A stretch of 32,000 bases of DNA from Candidatus Saccharimonadota bacterium (GCA_000503875.1 CP006913.1:750001-782000), one strand, 5' to 3'; positions 11,736 to 23,917 are shown, numbered from the stretch's first letter. Notes: generated by a model not told the origin, from the letters alone. Numbers and translations are program-made.

Positions 11736-12578
11736 ATGAAAAAATTATTTCTTTTTGCAATATCTAGTATCACAATATTCTCAGGATTTACCGTAACTTA
11801 TGCTTACACTCCTACCAGTCAAGATCAAATAACTTTGGTTCAACTAAAAAATACTCTCGATCAAATAAATTCAGGTAACGTAACAGATATCTGGAATTTT
11901 TCTACACAGATCAAAAAACTACAACCTATGGTTGCCAACGATCCTAGAATAACATATCTTCTCCAAGAACTACATACTCATCTGTATGGACAGTTCTCAA
12001 TAGCAAAAATTAAAACTAAACAAGCATCAAAATCTGGTTGGAATAATTTTTTGGCTCAATATAATACTGGAATAGTCGCAATTTCTATGGAAGATAAATG
12101 CTTTTGACGATATAATACGCTTGATAATATTAGCTTTGCAAATAATTTCCCGACGGCACTCACTGTTGCTACTCGATACAGAGAAAGTCACTGTGGTTAC
12201 TATCTACCAAAAAATGGAGATGGTCCGTTTCAAATACTAGCAAAAGAATATGGAACTGGAGAAATCACAGAAGAAACTTTCACCCAGAGTGTCCAAGATT
12301 TTATCGATTTCTCCAAAACAAAATACGCTAACTACAAAAGCAAAGTAGATATCAATATCAGTTATACAGGAACAGATCTAAACAGTATAATATCACATTG
12401 AGGTTTTTATAATGGAGGAACAATTTCAGGAAGAATAGTATTTCCTAATGCACCAAAATATGTTTATGAAGGATATGCTAATTACAATTCTTGACAATAC
12501 GCTTCATGAGCTATAAGACATGGACTACTGCCAAAATTTCTCAAAACCTTAGAATTCGAATTAAATAACTATTATTAA
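11736..12578 (+). CDS. Secreted SLT-domain lytic transglycosylase-like protein
   Basis: The signal peptide is MKKLFLFAISSITIFSGFTVTYA. The family-1 lytic transglycosylase motif order is present: RYRESHCG (E-S), GDGPFQI (GLMQ-like) and G(TGA)-GFYNGG (AYNxG-like). There are 4 TGA and the stop is TAA 12576-12578. Confidence 0.6.
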
Positions 12579-12598
12579 TTATCTCTTAACATCTCTCA

Positions 12599-15500
12599 AT
12601 GGCGAAAAAAATCAATACCGAACAACTGATCACCTCACAATTTGCTGAAAAAATAACCTTTCAGGGAGTTAGAACACATAATCTAAAAAACATAGATATC
12701 GAACTCCCAAAAAACCAAATAATCACCATCACCGGAGTATCAGGATCAGGTAAATCTTCACTCGCCTTCGATACTATCTACAAAGAAGGACAATTTAGAT
12801 ATATAGAATCACTTTCTAGTTACCTCAGACAATTTTTTAATTTGGGAGAAAGGCCAGATATTGATCATTGTACAGGACTATCCCCTGCCATCGCTATCGA
12901 ACAAAATAAAAAAACAGGAAATTCCAGAAGTAGCGTAGGAACACTTACGGAAATCGATGATTATTTAAGACTTCTTTTTGCAAAATTAGGAGAGCCATAT
13001 TGCTATAGCTGTCACAAAGAAATCAAACCACAAACTATAGAACAAATTATAAATGAAATAAAAGAAGAATATACAAACAAAAAAATCTATCTTCTCCAAG
13101 AATCATGATGATTCGAAACCAAACTCCAACTTGCAGAATTCGTTAAAAAAAATAGAAACCGCGTAGAAAAAGGTAAGGGTTTTACGAGATATTTGATCGT
13201 TAATAAAAAACAAAATAAAGAAGAAATTAGCGAAACAATCAATAATGCAGCAAAAATTAAAGCCAAAAAAGCCAAACCAACAAAAGAGCAAGATAATTTA
13301 GAACCTATTGAATACTTCTATTTAGAAACACCCAACGTTCCTGATATCTATTTTCCACTAAATATTTATGGAATTTATGATCGTATCACGATAGAAGACA
13401 ATAAAATTCCAAGAATCAAAGAAGATATCATAAAAATTCTAAATGAAACCAAGAAATTCTGAATATTTTGTTCTGAAATCCCAGATCAAATTATCAAATG
13501 GTATACCGATAAAATGTACTGTGCAGAATGTAATATTACGTATCCAGAGTTTACAACTCAATATTTTTCGCCAAATCGTCAAGAATGAGCTTGTCTAAAC
13601 TGTTTAGGACTTGGTGAAATTTTGCAAGTAGATATGGATAAAATATTAGATCCAGAAAGCCCTTATAGCAAAGCTATTATGCCATGGAGAGATTCTAATT
13701 TGGGACAATGAATTTTACAAAAACTTGCTCAAAAATATAGTATAGATCCAGATAAATTTTGGAAAGATTTACCAGAATGGTTTCAACATGTAGTACTTTT
13801 TGGTGATAATGAACTTTTGAGAATACAGTACAACGCCAAATTTATGAGTATTTCTTACAAAGGAATCGAAGAAATCATCAAAGATCAATACGCAAAAGGG
13901 CTTCTCACAGTAGATTTCCAAGCTATGTTAGATATGAAAACTTGCCCAGAATGTGAAGGAAATAGACTAAAAAAAGAAAGTTTAAATGTATTTTTAACAA
14001 TACCATCAAAAAAATCAGACTCCAAAAGGTATAATATTGCTGATCTTCAAAAACTTCCTTTAAACGAACTTATTATAATCCTGACGACATATAGAGAAAG
14101 TAGCAAAAAAGATACAACTCTTGTTTGAAGAATCACGCACCCTCTCATTGATAGGTGTCAAACTATCTGAGAATTGTGACTTGGTTATCTTATGCTCAGC
14201 AGATGAATAGACACTCTTTCTGGTTGAGAAATTCAAAGACTTAGACTAGCAAAACAACTCGGAAACAAACTGACTGGAATTATTTATGTGCTAGATGAAC
14301 CAACTATTTGACTTGATGATAGAGAAATTCAAAGAGCGATAACTTCTATCAGGAAACTCAAAGAAATGTGAAATACTATCATCGTAGTCGAACACAATGA
14401 AGAATTTATAAAAGCATCTGATCGGGTTGTAGAAATAGGCCCAGGAGCTGGAGATTTCTGAGGAGAACTTTTATTTAGTTGATCTTATCCAGATTTTCTC
14501 AAATCAAATACACTAACTGCCCAATATATTACAGGAAAAAGAAAAATACATATAGACTTCGAGCATAATCCGACCAACAAGAAAATACACATTAGAAAAG
14601 CAAATAAATACAATCTTCAAGACGTTTCTGTAGATATTAATCTAGGAAGTTTTACGGTAATTACTGGCCCTTCGGGAGCAGGTAAGACTACGCTTATGTA
14701 CACAACACTTTACAGATTTCTCAACGAAAAAACCAAGTTTGTGCAAAGTTATATCAGACTTCAACTTCTCAAAAAATGACGAAACTGGCAAGAAATCCTG
14801 GCTGCTCCCGTCCTTCATAAGGATGAATATCAACATTACGAAAATCTCGCATTGCAAGAATTCTACAAAGATTTGTGAGTTGATACGATCACGGGGCACG
14901 AAGAAGTAAAAAATGTAATTTACGTTGATCAGACCAGTATCGGGAAAACACCTCGTTCGTGCCCCGCTACCTTCATTGGAACCTTCGATCACATCAGACA
15001 ACTCTATTCTGGAACCACAGAAAGTAAATATCTTGGATTCAACGCAAGCTATTTTAGCTTTAACTCCAACAAGGGAGCATGTACTGCCTGTGATGGATAC
15101 GGCTACAAAAAGATTGAACTCCAATTCCTTCCTGACACCTATATCCCCTGTGATCTTTGTAAAGGAAAAAGATATAAAAACGAAATTCTCGAAATCAAAT
15201 GGAAATGAAAAAGCATAGCCGAAGTTTTGGAAATGTATATTGATGATGCGTTAGAATTTTTTAAAGAAATTGATCATATCAGAGAAGATCTAGAATTAAT
15301 GAAAAATATAGGTCTTGGCTATTTGAAAATGGGACAACCAGCGCATACGCTTTCAGGGTGAGAGAGCCAAAGAGTAAAACTGGTAAAACATCTCCTCAAA
15401 TCTTACAAATGACATTCACTCTATTTCTTAGACGAACCAACCGTTGGTTTACATATGGCAGATATAGAAAAGTTACTTCAAGTAATTAGAGAATTTCTAA

Positions 15501-15601
15501 ATAAATGAGATACTATTCTGATGATAGAACATGACCAAAACATTCTTCAATTCGCAGATAGTGTAATTCACCTAGATGAAGGAAAATTGATAAATAAATA
15601 A
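12599..15601 (+). CDS. uvrA: Excinuclease ABC subunit A
   Basis: The protein is 1000 aa when read through TGA. Motifs seen are GVSGSGKSSLAFDTIY, GLSPAIAIEQ, a zinc-finger CxxC pair, LSG-G(TGA)-E signatures at 14225-14227 and 15359-15361, a second Walker A GPSGAGKTTL, and DEPTxGL twice. Confidence 0.95.
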
Positions 15602-15628
15602 AAGCAGACCTGAGTTATATCGTTATAC

Positions 15629-15656
15629 TTGCTTTTCGTTTTAAAATATGTATACT
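15629..15656 (+). promoter_or_regulatory. Candidate promoter (TTGCTT, 16-nt spacer, TATACT)
   Basis: The -35 lies at 15629-15634 and the -10 at 15651-15656. It sits between the uvrA stop and ATG 15691. Confidence 0.4.
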
Positions 15657-15690
15657 AAGAGTTGCGTTATTTTATCAAATAGAATGAATC

Positions 15691-16650
15691 ATGGTTATTA
15701 GAACTTTTCAAAAACAAAGGAATATCAAAAAGATTTTGAGTATTATAGTAATAATGTTGGTATGAATTATTATAGTTGCAAAGATATCCAATGTTATTTA
15801 TACAGAAATTACTAAACCAGATCAAAATCAAGAATTCCATATTGGAGAAACAATGAACTTTGCGGGAGAAATAAGTAATGAAAATAACTTTCCTTTGTAC
15901 ACACACAAAATAACAAGTAGAAAATGAGAGGTTATTTTTCTTAAAAGTAGCAATATTAATCTAAATAAATATAGTTGAAAGCTTGAAATACATTGAGAAA
16001 TTAAGGATATCAAAAAAGATATCCCTATTCTAGAAGTTATTTCTATAAAGTTTCCAGAACAAGGACTTATTATCAAAAACAATACTTATTTTTTTGTTAA
16101 AGATATGCTCTATTTAGACTTTTCTAACCAATCACAACTTTCTGCAAAAAAAGAAAAAAAAGAAATTAAAATATTTTATTGAGAGGAAAAATTATCAAGT
16201 GCAGAACGCTTTTTATGTAGTAGAGTATTGAGACAAAGAGATTGTACATACCTGATTGAAGATTATGGAAACAGTCAAAAAGAAAATTTCGATTCATATC
16301 GATGATATACATATTATAAACATGGGACTTGATTGTGGACAGTCTTTGATGGAACGATGTTTTGATATATTTTCAAAGATATAGAAGAAGAAACAATGCT
16401 AAGTCTTTCCAACATTATAAAGATCGTAGACAAAAACTTTATTGTAAATAACAAAAAGGAAGTTATCAAAGAAGCTTGCGCAAGTAAATGAGAAATTATT
16501 CAACAAATTGGATCAACATCAGTTCAATACGAAGATAATAATCAAGTACATATCACCGTAGAAACTGCAAAAAGCGATAATCGTTGTAAAGTAACCTTTG
16601 ATATGCGAAATGAATGGGAAATTACTCAAGTACAAATCATAAAGAAATAA
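15691..16650 (+). CDS. Hypothetical membrane-anchored protein (single N-terminal TM)
   Basis: I checked from ATG 15691 line by line to TAA 16648-16650 and the only interruptions are TGA. The N-terminus KKILSIIVIMLVGIIIVAKI is hydrophobic. I recognised no family. Confidence 0.55.
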
Positions 16651-16653
16651 TAG

Positions 16654-16679
16654 AAAAAAGCCGCAATTGCGGCTTTTTT
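16654..16679. terminator. Bidirectional rho-independent terminator
   Basis: AAAAAAGCCGC-AATT-GCGGCTTTTTT is a perfect hairpin flanked by an A-run and a T-run. It sits between the convergent genes ending at 16650 (+) and 16696 (-). Confidence 0.85.
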
Positions 16680-16695
16680 GTATCAACAATATATA

Positions 16696-17184
16696 TTATT
16701 TAATATTAACTATCTTTACATCAATTTTACCTGTTGCTAGTCTCATTTTTACTGTTTCTCAAATCTTTTTTCCTTTTAGTGCTAATCCAAGAGGTGATTC
16801 CAAAGAAATTTTTAGATCTTTATTGTCTAATCATGCCTCTCCAGTACCTACAACATCAACTGTATATTCTTTGTCTCCTTCTACAAAAAAAGTAACCGTA
16901 GTTCAATAATCAACTACTTTATCCGCTTTTTTTGCTGGTGTTTTTTCTTCTTTAATAATCTCTACATTGTGGATCAACTCCTCTATTTCATTCATTCTTG
17001 TTTGAACGAAATCTTTGTCTTCCAATGCGGATTTATACTCAAAGTTTTCTGAAAGATCTCACATAGACTTTGCATCAGCTAATCTTTCAAGAATTTTTGG
17101 TAATTCAACTTTTTTGAGACGATGAAGTTCTTCAATCAATTTTTCGTATCCCTCTTTTGTTAAATAATTAATTTTTGTAGACAT
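16696..17184 (-). CDS. greA: Transcription elongation factor GreA
   Basis: The protein reads MSTKINYLTKEGYEKLIEELHRLKKVELPKILERLADAKSM-G(TGA)-DLSENFEYKSALEDKDF...SLESPLGLALKGKKIGE. This is the canonical GreA GDLSENAEY motif plus C-terminal domain. Confidence 0.9.
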
Positions 17185-17223
17185 AATAACAACTATATAG
17201 ACAGATAAAATAGAACAGATTTA

Positions 17224-17541
17224 TTATTTTGAAAGGAATTCTTTGAAACGTTTAAACGCATGGTTTACCAAATCTTCAACATATTTAAATCAGACTTTAC
17301 TACTATAAGAAAACACTTGTCAATCACAATCAAATAAGAATTTAGCTTCATATCTTCCTTGTTTATTTTTTTGGATTTTATAGTTCAAACGGATTTCTGC
17401 ATCTTTCTTAGTGTACACTTTTTTAAGATAAGCATCAAGTTTACCATCAATATTTTTATCCACAATATCTTTAATCAACGTTTGTTTATACCCAGGCACA
17501 TTGTAAAAACTATAAGATACTTCTACTTGTTTCTCTACCAT
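17224..17541 (-). CDS. hpf: Ribosome hibernation promoting factor / RaiA family (short form)
   Basis: The 105-aa protein starts MVEKQVEVSYSFYNVPGYKQTLIKDIVDKNIDGKLDAYLKK and continues ...AEIRLNYKIQ...YEAKFLFDCDGQVFSYSSKVG..VEDLVNHAFKRFKEFLSK. This fits the HPF beta-alpha-beta-beta-beta-alpha pattern. There are 2 TGA. Confidence 0.65.
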
Positions 17542-17621
17542 GTCGTTATAATAAAAGGGTAAAAGAATATGATTACACAATGAGTATACAAAAGCAATCA
17601 AAAATTTCAACTCCAAAGATT

Positions 17622-18122
17622 TTAATCAAGTTGTTCCAAAAACTTTTTCTTAACATCACTATTTTTTTGCCCTTGTTTAATCAATATATAGCTTTTCCTA
17701 ATTAATTCTCTGATATCCTGATAATAAATAAGACTTAATACCTCTTGCAAAGTAGCCCATTTATAAATACCCACATATCATTCTACCTGATCAATAGAAA
17801 CTACCGAAGGATTTCCCATAAATTCCATCAAAAAATACGTAACATCTTTATCTATTGGTCATTTATTGTCTATATTTCTAATTTGTGTAGTTCCAAGCAT
17901 CTGTTTAATTCTCAGTTGATTTACTGGGATTCCTGATTCTTCACTAACTTCTCTCATCGCAGCAACCTCTAACGACTCATCTCATTTAATTTTTCCTTTG
18001 GGAGAAACTCGCTCTATTTTACCAGAAAGTGCATGTCTTTTGATCAAAAGGTATCTTGGTTCTCCATCTACAGGAGCAAGATAGTAAATAATACCTCAGG
18101 CACTTTGAATAATATCAGCCAT
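17622..18122 (-). CDS. Nudix hydrolase
   Basis: The Nudix box GKIKGDESLEVAAMREVSEESGI matches G-x5-E-x7-R-E-V-x-E-E-x-G-I. I checked the frame line by line and the stop is TAA. Confidence 0.85.
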
Positions 18123-18143
18123 CAAAAAAGGGAAAAATTAAAA

Positions 18144-18620
18144 TTACGTATATCGGGTCATTGTATCAAGCCCTTTCGCTGCCCAACGAGCAACTATATT
18201 AGTATCATTTATTCAAGCAGAAACTTTTGTAATTAAACCTCCTGCTGATTTTGCTTGTGCTGCTTCTACAAGTCATTTTTGTGCATGATCACTATAATAA
18301 TGTGGTATTTTAATATTTTTTTGCAAATCATTTAATGTTTTTTTCGATCAATCTAAAGCATCTGTTTTTTCTTTGCTTTTTTCTTCATCAAGGGTTAATA
18401 GCGTCTCTTTAACTTCTTTTTTTGATTTTTCAGGGGAAACAAGAAGTTTCAACGATTCCAATCATTTTTTTATTGGAATAAGGAGTATTTTTTCTGCTAA
18501 TTCAGAGATTTTGATTTTGCTTTCTTTTTTAATTTTTTCTTGTGCCTGTTTTTTAGATTCAAGATCTAATTTATTATTAGTCTCTATCTTATTATTTTTC
18601 TTGTTCTCAATATTGATCAT
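18144..18620 (-). CDS. Hypothetical Lys/Glu-rich (coiled-coil-like) protein
   Basis: The ATG at 18618-18620 lies 3 nt after the hrcA stop in the same frame. The ORF is open to TAA 18144-18146 apart from TGA. I recognised no motif. Confidence 0.5.
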
Positions 18621-18623
18621 AGC

Positions 18624-19289
18624 CTACAAAAAACTAGCTAAAAGTTTTTTCATTATTGCTGCATTTTGTTTGTAATTTACTCTTGTTGGTCATATAATAC
18701 TAATCACTCCATCATAACCACCAATAAGTATTTTAACATATAAACAAGAAATCATTATATCACTATCCTCTATAAAAGTATAATAAATCTGATTTTTTTT
18801 TAGCATCTTTCCATCAAGAAACTTAACCAATGTTTTGTCTTCAATAAAACGAATAATACTTCTTGTTGTTTGGTATTCGTCTATCATATCATCTTTAAGT
18901 AAATTGTTGATTCACAGATAATAATACTCATCATTTTTCAAAAAACCAACTACAACTCAATCAGCTATCGCTCACAATGTTTCCACAAGATTTTTCATAT
19001 TATCTCTTGCACCAACGATTTCATCCAAAGTATCCTGCTCTTGTTGTGCAAGAAAATGCTCTATATAGAGAGTTAATCATTGCACCGTAGGAATTCTTCC
19101 AGAGCTATTATATGGCTGATAAACCATACCTTGTTGTTCCAAAACATGAAGATATTTTCTAAGAGTTGATGGAGCATACTCCAAATCCCCTTGAGAATGC
19201 AAAAATTTAGAACCAATGGGTTCTCCCTTTGTGATATATGTATCTATCACAACATCCAAAAGTGCCAACAATTTTTCATCATAGGTCAT
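18624..19289 (-). CDS. hrcA: Heat-inducible transcription repressor HrcA (short, 221 aa)
   Basis: The N-terminal winged helix reads LLALLDVVIDTYITKGEPIGSKFL...YAPSTLRKYLHVLEQQGMVYQPYNSSGRIPTVQ-G-LTLYIEHFL. The C-terminus GVISIIGPTRVNYKQ is typical of HrcA. Track ORFs 19077-19289 and 18690-18887 join through TGA. Confidence 0.8.
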
Positions 19290-19466
19290 CTTACGGATTC
19301 CAAAAGGACATAAAACATTAACATAATGTATATATTTTCAAGCAAAATAAGCAAGAGAAAAGTCAAAATAAGTCAAGAATAAACAACGAAACAAAAACAT
19401 TCAGACTTGAAAATATTATGCGTATGTATAGAATAACTCAGATTTTTAACTATTTATACCTTTTTC

Positions 19467-22400
19467 ATGAAACAAAAGATTTTTTTGGGAATTGGAATCT
19501 TATTATGTAGTATCATTGGATTTTCTATTTACAATGAATTTATGACAAATCACACGTATTATTACACAATGTTTAGTGATCGAACAAACTGGAAAATTAT
19601 GATTCGATGAATAATTGCAATTTTGATTCCTTTAGGATATATATTACGAAACAAACAATTTTCACTTAAAAAGTTTTTAATTACTCGACTTCCTGCTGGA
19701 CTTACCATTTTCGGTCTTGCTCATATTATCATCAAAGAAGGTATTATTTGATCTTCGGGCTTTGTCATGATAATAATCAACACCTTATTATTATATTTTC
19801 TCTGATTATACCTTATTCTAGGAATTACTAGTGTAGGACATATGATAAATAAATATCGAATTCGTTTGCCTCAGCAAAGAATACAAGAATTGTTCTTAAA
19901 TTTTGGTATAGGATTAGGTGCCTTTTTATTAATAATTAAAGTCTTAGTAAGTTTTACTATTTTATATTGAGCAGTTACTTGGTTACTCTTTATTTGATTA
20001 GGGGTAGCTATCTACTTTTTCAGAAAAGATTTAATAAAATATCAATTAATTATCGAAGAACAGTTTGATAGTATCAAACAAAGCTCACTCAAAAAAGATC
20101 CAATTTTGTGGATTGGACTGGTTTTGGTAGCAATTTCACTTTTATATTATTTTTATGGGTTTCATCTTTCTTTTATTCCTTATTCTACGGCTTGGGATGC
20201 AAATCATGCCTATATGTATGTACCAAAAGTAATAGCTGAAAATCACGGAGTACTACGAGGAAACCTTTGAGTAGCCGCAACACCACCAGAACTTCGACAT
20301 GGATTTATAACTTTTTGGTTTAGTCTTATTGGTGCTATCAAATGGTTTTGGTTGGGTCCAGATACTGTAGCGGTTGCTATGAATTTCCTTAGTGGAATAT
20401 TTACACTTATTCTTGGATTGTGAACAATAAAAGAAATCATTAATTATTTTACAAAAAAAGAAACAACCTGAACTAAAATAGCATTCTATTTATGACGGTT
20501 TTTACTCATTCTATGGCTTACAAGCGGAATGTGAGCATTTCTCGTTTTCGTAGACAACAAAACCGATCTTTGAGTTATGGCGATCACTATGTTAGGAATG
20601 CTTTCATGATTAATATTTCTCAATTATATAAAAAACAATAACGAACCACGTCAAAAAGAAACACTGAAATATATCGTTATTTCTTGAGTATTCTTCGCTC
20701 TTGCAACTATGGCAAAACCAACAGCGTTTATTGATATCGTATTATTCGGATTACTTCTGGTAGCTCTATGGATCAATTCGGTTATCGCAATTTGATTTGG
20801 TGTTATTGTAACTGGAATGACAGGTATTTTGCAAATAGCCAATGCTAGAGATCTCATCAGTCAAGAAACAGGAAAACGAGTAGTAATTGCTGGAATAATA
20901 ATTGTTATCTGTGGAATTATTTATACTTATTTTCAAAAACATTTTAAGAATCTGAAAACAACATTAATTAATATTGGAATATGGGTAGGAAGTATACTTA
21001 TCACGCTTATATTATTTAAAGGAACGCATCTTATTTATTCTCAAATACAAAACAATGATTTTGGTGGTTGAAATTTTGTAAAAGCATTATTATTAGCAAC
21101 AACTGGTGAAAACAAATTAGAAGATCAAACAACTATTGATCAATTACAAAAAAACAAACTCTGATTAGAAACTTGCGAAGCTATGAGTTTTACAAAGGAA
21201 GAATTAGAGAAAAACAAAAAAAAATCTATTGTATGAAATGAAGATGTTGGAAGATATGTAGGATACGGTTGGAAAGAATTTTCAAAAGGAGATGGACTAA
21301 ACATTTGATATTGAATACTTAGATTGATATACCCTCAAAATGATACTTGTTACGGTTTAAATAAAAATGCAAAAATATTATGTAAAAATAGTAACATGGT
21401 ATTGTCTTTTAATATTCCAGGGTTAAAAGGCGTTTTGAATACATTAGATTCAGATTCAGAAAGTTATAAAGTTTTAAAAAAAGCTCTTCAAAACGCAGAA
21501 AATAAAGGACAAGTAACTTCTGCGGTTGAATATAGAGATGAAATTTTAATGATAAAACAATACTACGAAAGTCGTTCAATTAAAACAGAAAATGGAAAAG
21601 TTTTTGTTCCATATAGATATATTATCCCATTGAATATTTCATTCAACTGGTCATTACAAAATCTAAGTAGTTATTACACAGACATAGGTTTCATCTGGTT
21701 ATTTGCTATGGCATTTATTATTTTTGGTTTAATTTATTGATGTATCAAAAAAGATAAGACCCTAATAAGTATAAGTAGTATTGCAATCTTATGATGGGCT
21801 ATTTGGTGGATGATTTGATGATGAATTCTCTGGTATGGATTGGGATTAATTATTCGAACAATTCTATCTGCAATAATGTATGTAAATCAAATTTTCGACG
21901 ATAGTACTGAAGATACTGAGAAAAACATGTTGTATTTTTTCCTATTTCTTTTTGCTATTTGGGGTATAATCCAATTATTTTTCAATTTTATTAGAATTTC
22001 TTCCCAAGGATCATGAGGACCATTTGCTCGATACAAAATGAATACAGGAAAAACTATAGAACTTGATGCAAATTTACAACAAAAAGAAAGTATTGTAAAT
22101 AAATACGATTGGAAAGATGTTTTTGATCTTCAATTTCCACATTACAATAAATTTATCGAATTAGTCAAAGAAAGAAAAGATGAAGATGGTGTTTTTATAG
22201 CAGGAACATATATTCAGTATTTTCTTCATAATCAAAGAAATATTAAACAAGATTGAATGTTATGACGATTACGAGAAGAAATGTCAGATAACGATAGTTG
22301 CAAAACTAGCCAAAGACTAAAGAACGCAAATATTAAATATCTTGTAATTGACCCAAATATTGGAACAGTTGGAATGGGCGAAGGAAATGAAACACTTTTC

Positions 22401-22982
22401 CACAGATTCTTTGCTAAATTAGATCCAGTAAGTGGTAAAATAGAATCTCATGGAGTTATTAGTATGCTTATGAAAATGAAACAAGAATGATTCTTAGACC
22501 TAATAAATACGAACAATTTAGGTACTAAATACGCATTAGAATTAGACGATAACAAATTGAAAGAATCTTTTGGACAGACACTTTCTCAAGAAGATCTTAT
22601 TTTTACAAGAGCAAAACTTTCTGTAGCTAGATATTTTCAAGATGCAAACAATTATATTAATTTTATTGCAAATATGTTTGTAGAAAGAATCCCTACTGGA
22701 AAAGCAATTGGAGATATAGCAGACGTTTATGGAAAAATTATCGATGAAGAAAAAGTTCAAACTGCTGCAAATACATTATTACAATCTGGACAAGTTACTA
22801 CTCAATTACTACAACAAACAACACAAAATCTTTCTCAAGATGAAAGATTGATTCTTGCCCAATATCTAAGCCTTTTCAATCTTAAAAGATCTGAAAACGC
22901 AAAACTTCAAGAAGCTGTTAACGGTATCTTAGGCCAAAGTTTAGGATGAAGTAGCCAAGTAATCGTTTTAGAATTATTATAA
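19467..22982 (+). CDS. Very large polytopic membrane protein (1171 aa), possibly a GT-C-fold glycosyltransferase-like protein (tentative)
   Basis: Track ORFs 20817, 21324, 22038, 22281 and 22557 are all in the frame of ATG 19467. Codon-by-codon reading gives no TAA/TAG until 22980-22982. The protein has more than 12 hydrophobic helices, a loop YSTAWDANHAYMYVPK and a soluble C-terminal region of about 330 aa. Confidence 0.7.
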
Positions 22983-23004
22983 AATAGTCGCCGAGACTTC
23001 CAAG

Positions 23005-23036
23005 GTAATCCTCTCTTATGGGGATTACTTTTTTTT
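23005..23036 (+). terminator. Rho-independent terminator
   Basis: A 9-bp stem GTAATCCTC / GGGGATTAC (one G-U pair) with loop TCTTAT is followed by T8. It starts 23 nt after the stop. Confidence 0.75.
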
Positions 23037-23069
23037 ATTTTCTATTTATATAAAAAAACAAAAATAGGA

Positions 23070-23097
23070 TTGACTTTTAACAGAAAATATATAATAT
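23070..23097 (+). promoter_or_regulatory. Candidate promoter (TTGACT, 16-nt spacer, TAATAT)
   Basis: The -35 lies at 23070-23075 and the -10 at 23092-23097, 40 nt upstream of ATG 23138. Confidence 0.4.
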
Positions 23098-23137
23098 CTA
23101 AAAAAATAAATGTTGAACAAAAATAAAAACTAAATAT

Positions 23138-23917
23138 ATGAAAAGAGTAAAAATATTGTTAGCAATGATACTCGTAAGTATTGTTGTTATATTACCGTCC
23201 TGTGAAAAGGACGAACCAGCTGAACTCAAAGGAATAAAGCTAAGTTATGGTGATACTTTGGAGATAAGAGCTCAGAAAAGTAACAACCTGTCAGCACGTA
23301 GGGTGATGTCACAAGTGGGTGATACTTTATGGCCTTTAGATGCCGATGGAAATCCCATAAAAATGATTGATCCTATAACAGGACAATTATTATTTATTGA
23401 AGTTGTTACAACTGAAGTAACTGTTGCTCAACAGTATGTTGTTGTTACTTTCAGTGCTGCAGAAGGGTTGGTACAAGAAAAGGGTACTACAATAACCTTT
23501 TTCAACCAAAATCCTGATGAAAAAATTTATGTTTCTTTTCCAAAAGATTCTCGAATAATATCGAGAACAACGGAAGATGGAAAACGATTTCAAGATGAAA
23601 TGGAAAATCTCAATAATATTAGACAACTATTAGTTGATAACACAACTCATACGTTATCTCAAGAAATTGGATTAATCCATACCGATGCAGAACCTACTTG
23701 GATAACAGCAAACAAAGAAGATTTTATAGATCAAATGCTCGATCCAAAGTTTTCAAAGAGTGCTAAGTCCAAATCGGTAATAGCTCAAGTAAATGCTCTT
23801 GATGAGCAAAATATTGAATTGGTTACCACTGAAATTATTGATTTAGTTGAAAAAGGCGAAAAGCTAAATCACAAAGTAATCAATAGATTAGCCAAGAAAC
23901 TAAACTCCCAAGAATAA
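23138..23917 (+). CDS. Putative lipoprotein
   Basis: This is an intact 259-aa ORF in the standard-code track. The signal sequence MKRVKILLAMILVSIVVILPS-C has a lipobox-like LPSC. It contains no in-frame TGA. It has its own promoter-like element and is flanked by terminators. Confidence 0.7.
   Translation: MKRVKILLAMILVSIVVILPSCEKDEPAELKGIKLSYGDTLEIRAQKSNNLSARRVMSQVGDTLWPLDADGNPIKMIDPITGQLLFIEVVTTEVTVAQQYVVVTFSAAEGLVQEKGTTITFFNQNPDEKIYVSFPKDSRIISRTTEDGKRFQDEMENLNNIRQLLVDNTTHTLSQEIGLIHTDAEPTWITANKEDFIDQMLDPKFSKSAKSKSVIAQVNALDEQNIELVTTEIIDLVEKGEKLNHKVINRLAKKLNSQE

Noticed and set aside
14642-15124. A 160-aa minus-strand ORF lies inside uvrA.
   Set aside because: It is antisense to the verified uvrA frame, which carries the second Walker A and zinc-finger region here. 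It has no recognisable motif and is an AT-rich shadow ORF.
19290-19466. I expected a CIRCE operator upstream of hrcA.
   Set aside because: I could not find a TTAGCACTC or GAGTGCTAA half-site or a comparable inverted repeat by eye in this region, so no regulatory feature was called.
23138-23917. The lipoprotein gene has no TGA codon and could be a recent horizontal acquisition from a standard-code organism.
   Set aside because: It has only about 10 Gly codons. Other clearly native genes (murE first 325 codons, M16, SLH-like) are also nearly TGA-free. Absence of TGA alone is therefore not significant, and I kept it only as part of the TGA-density observation.
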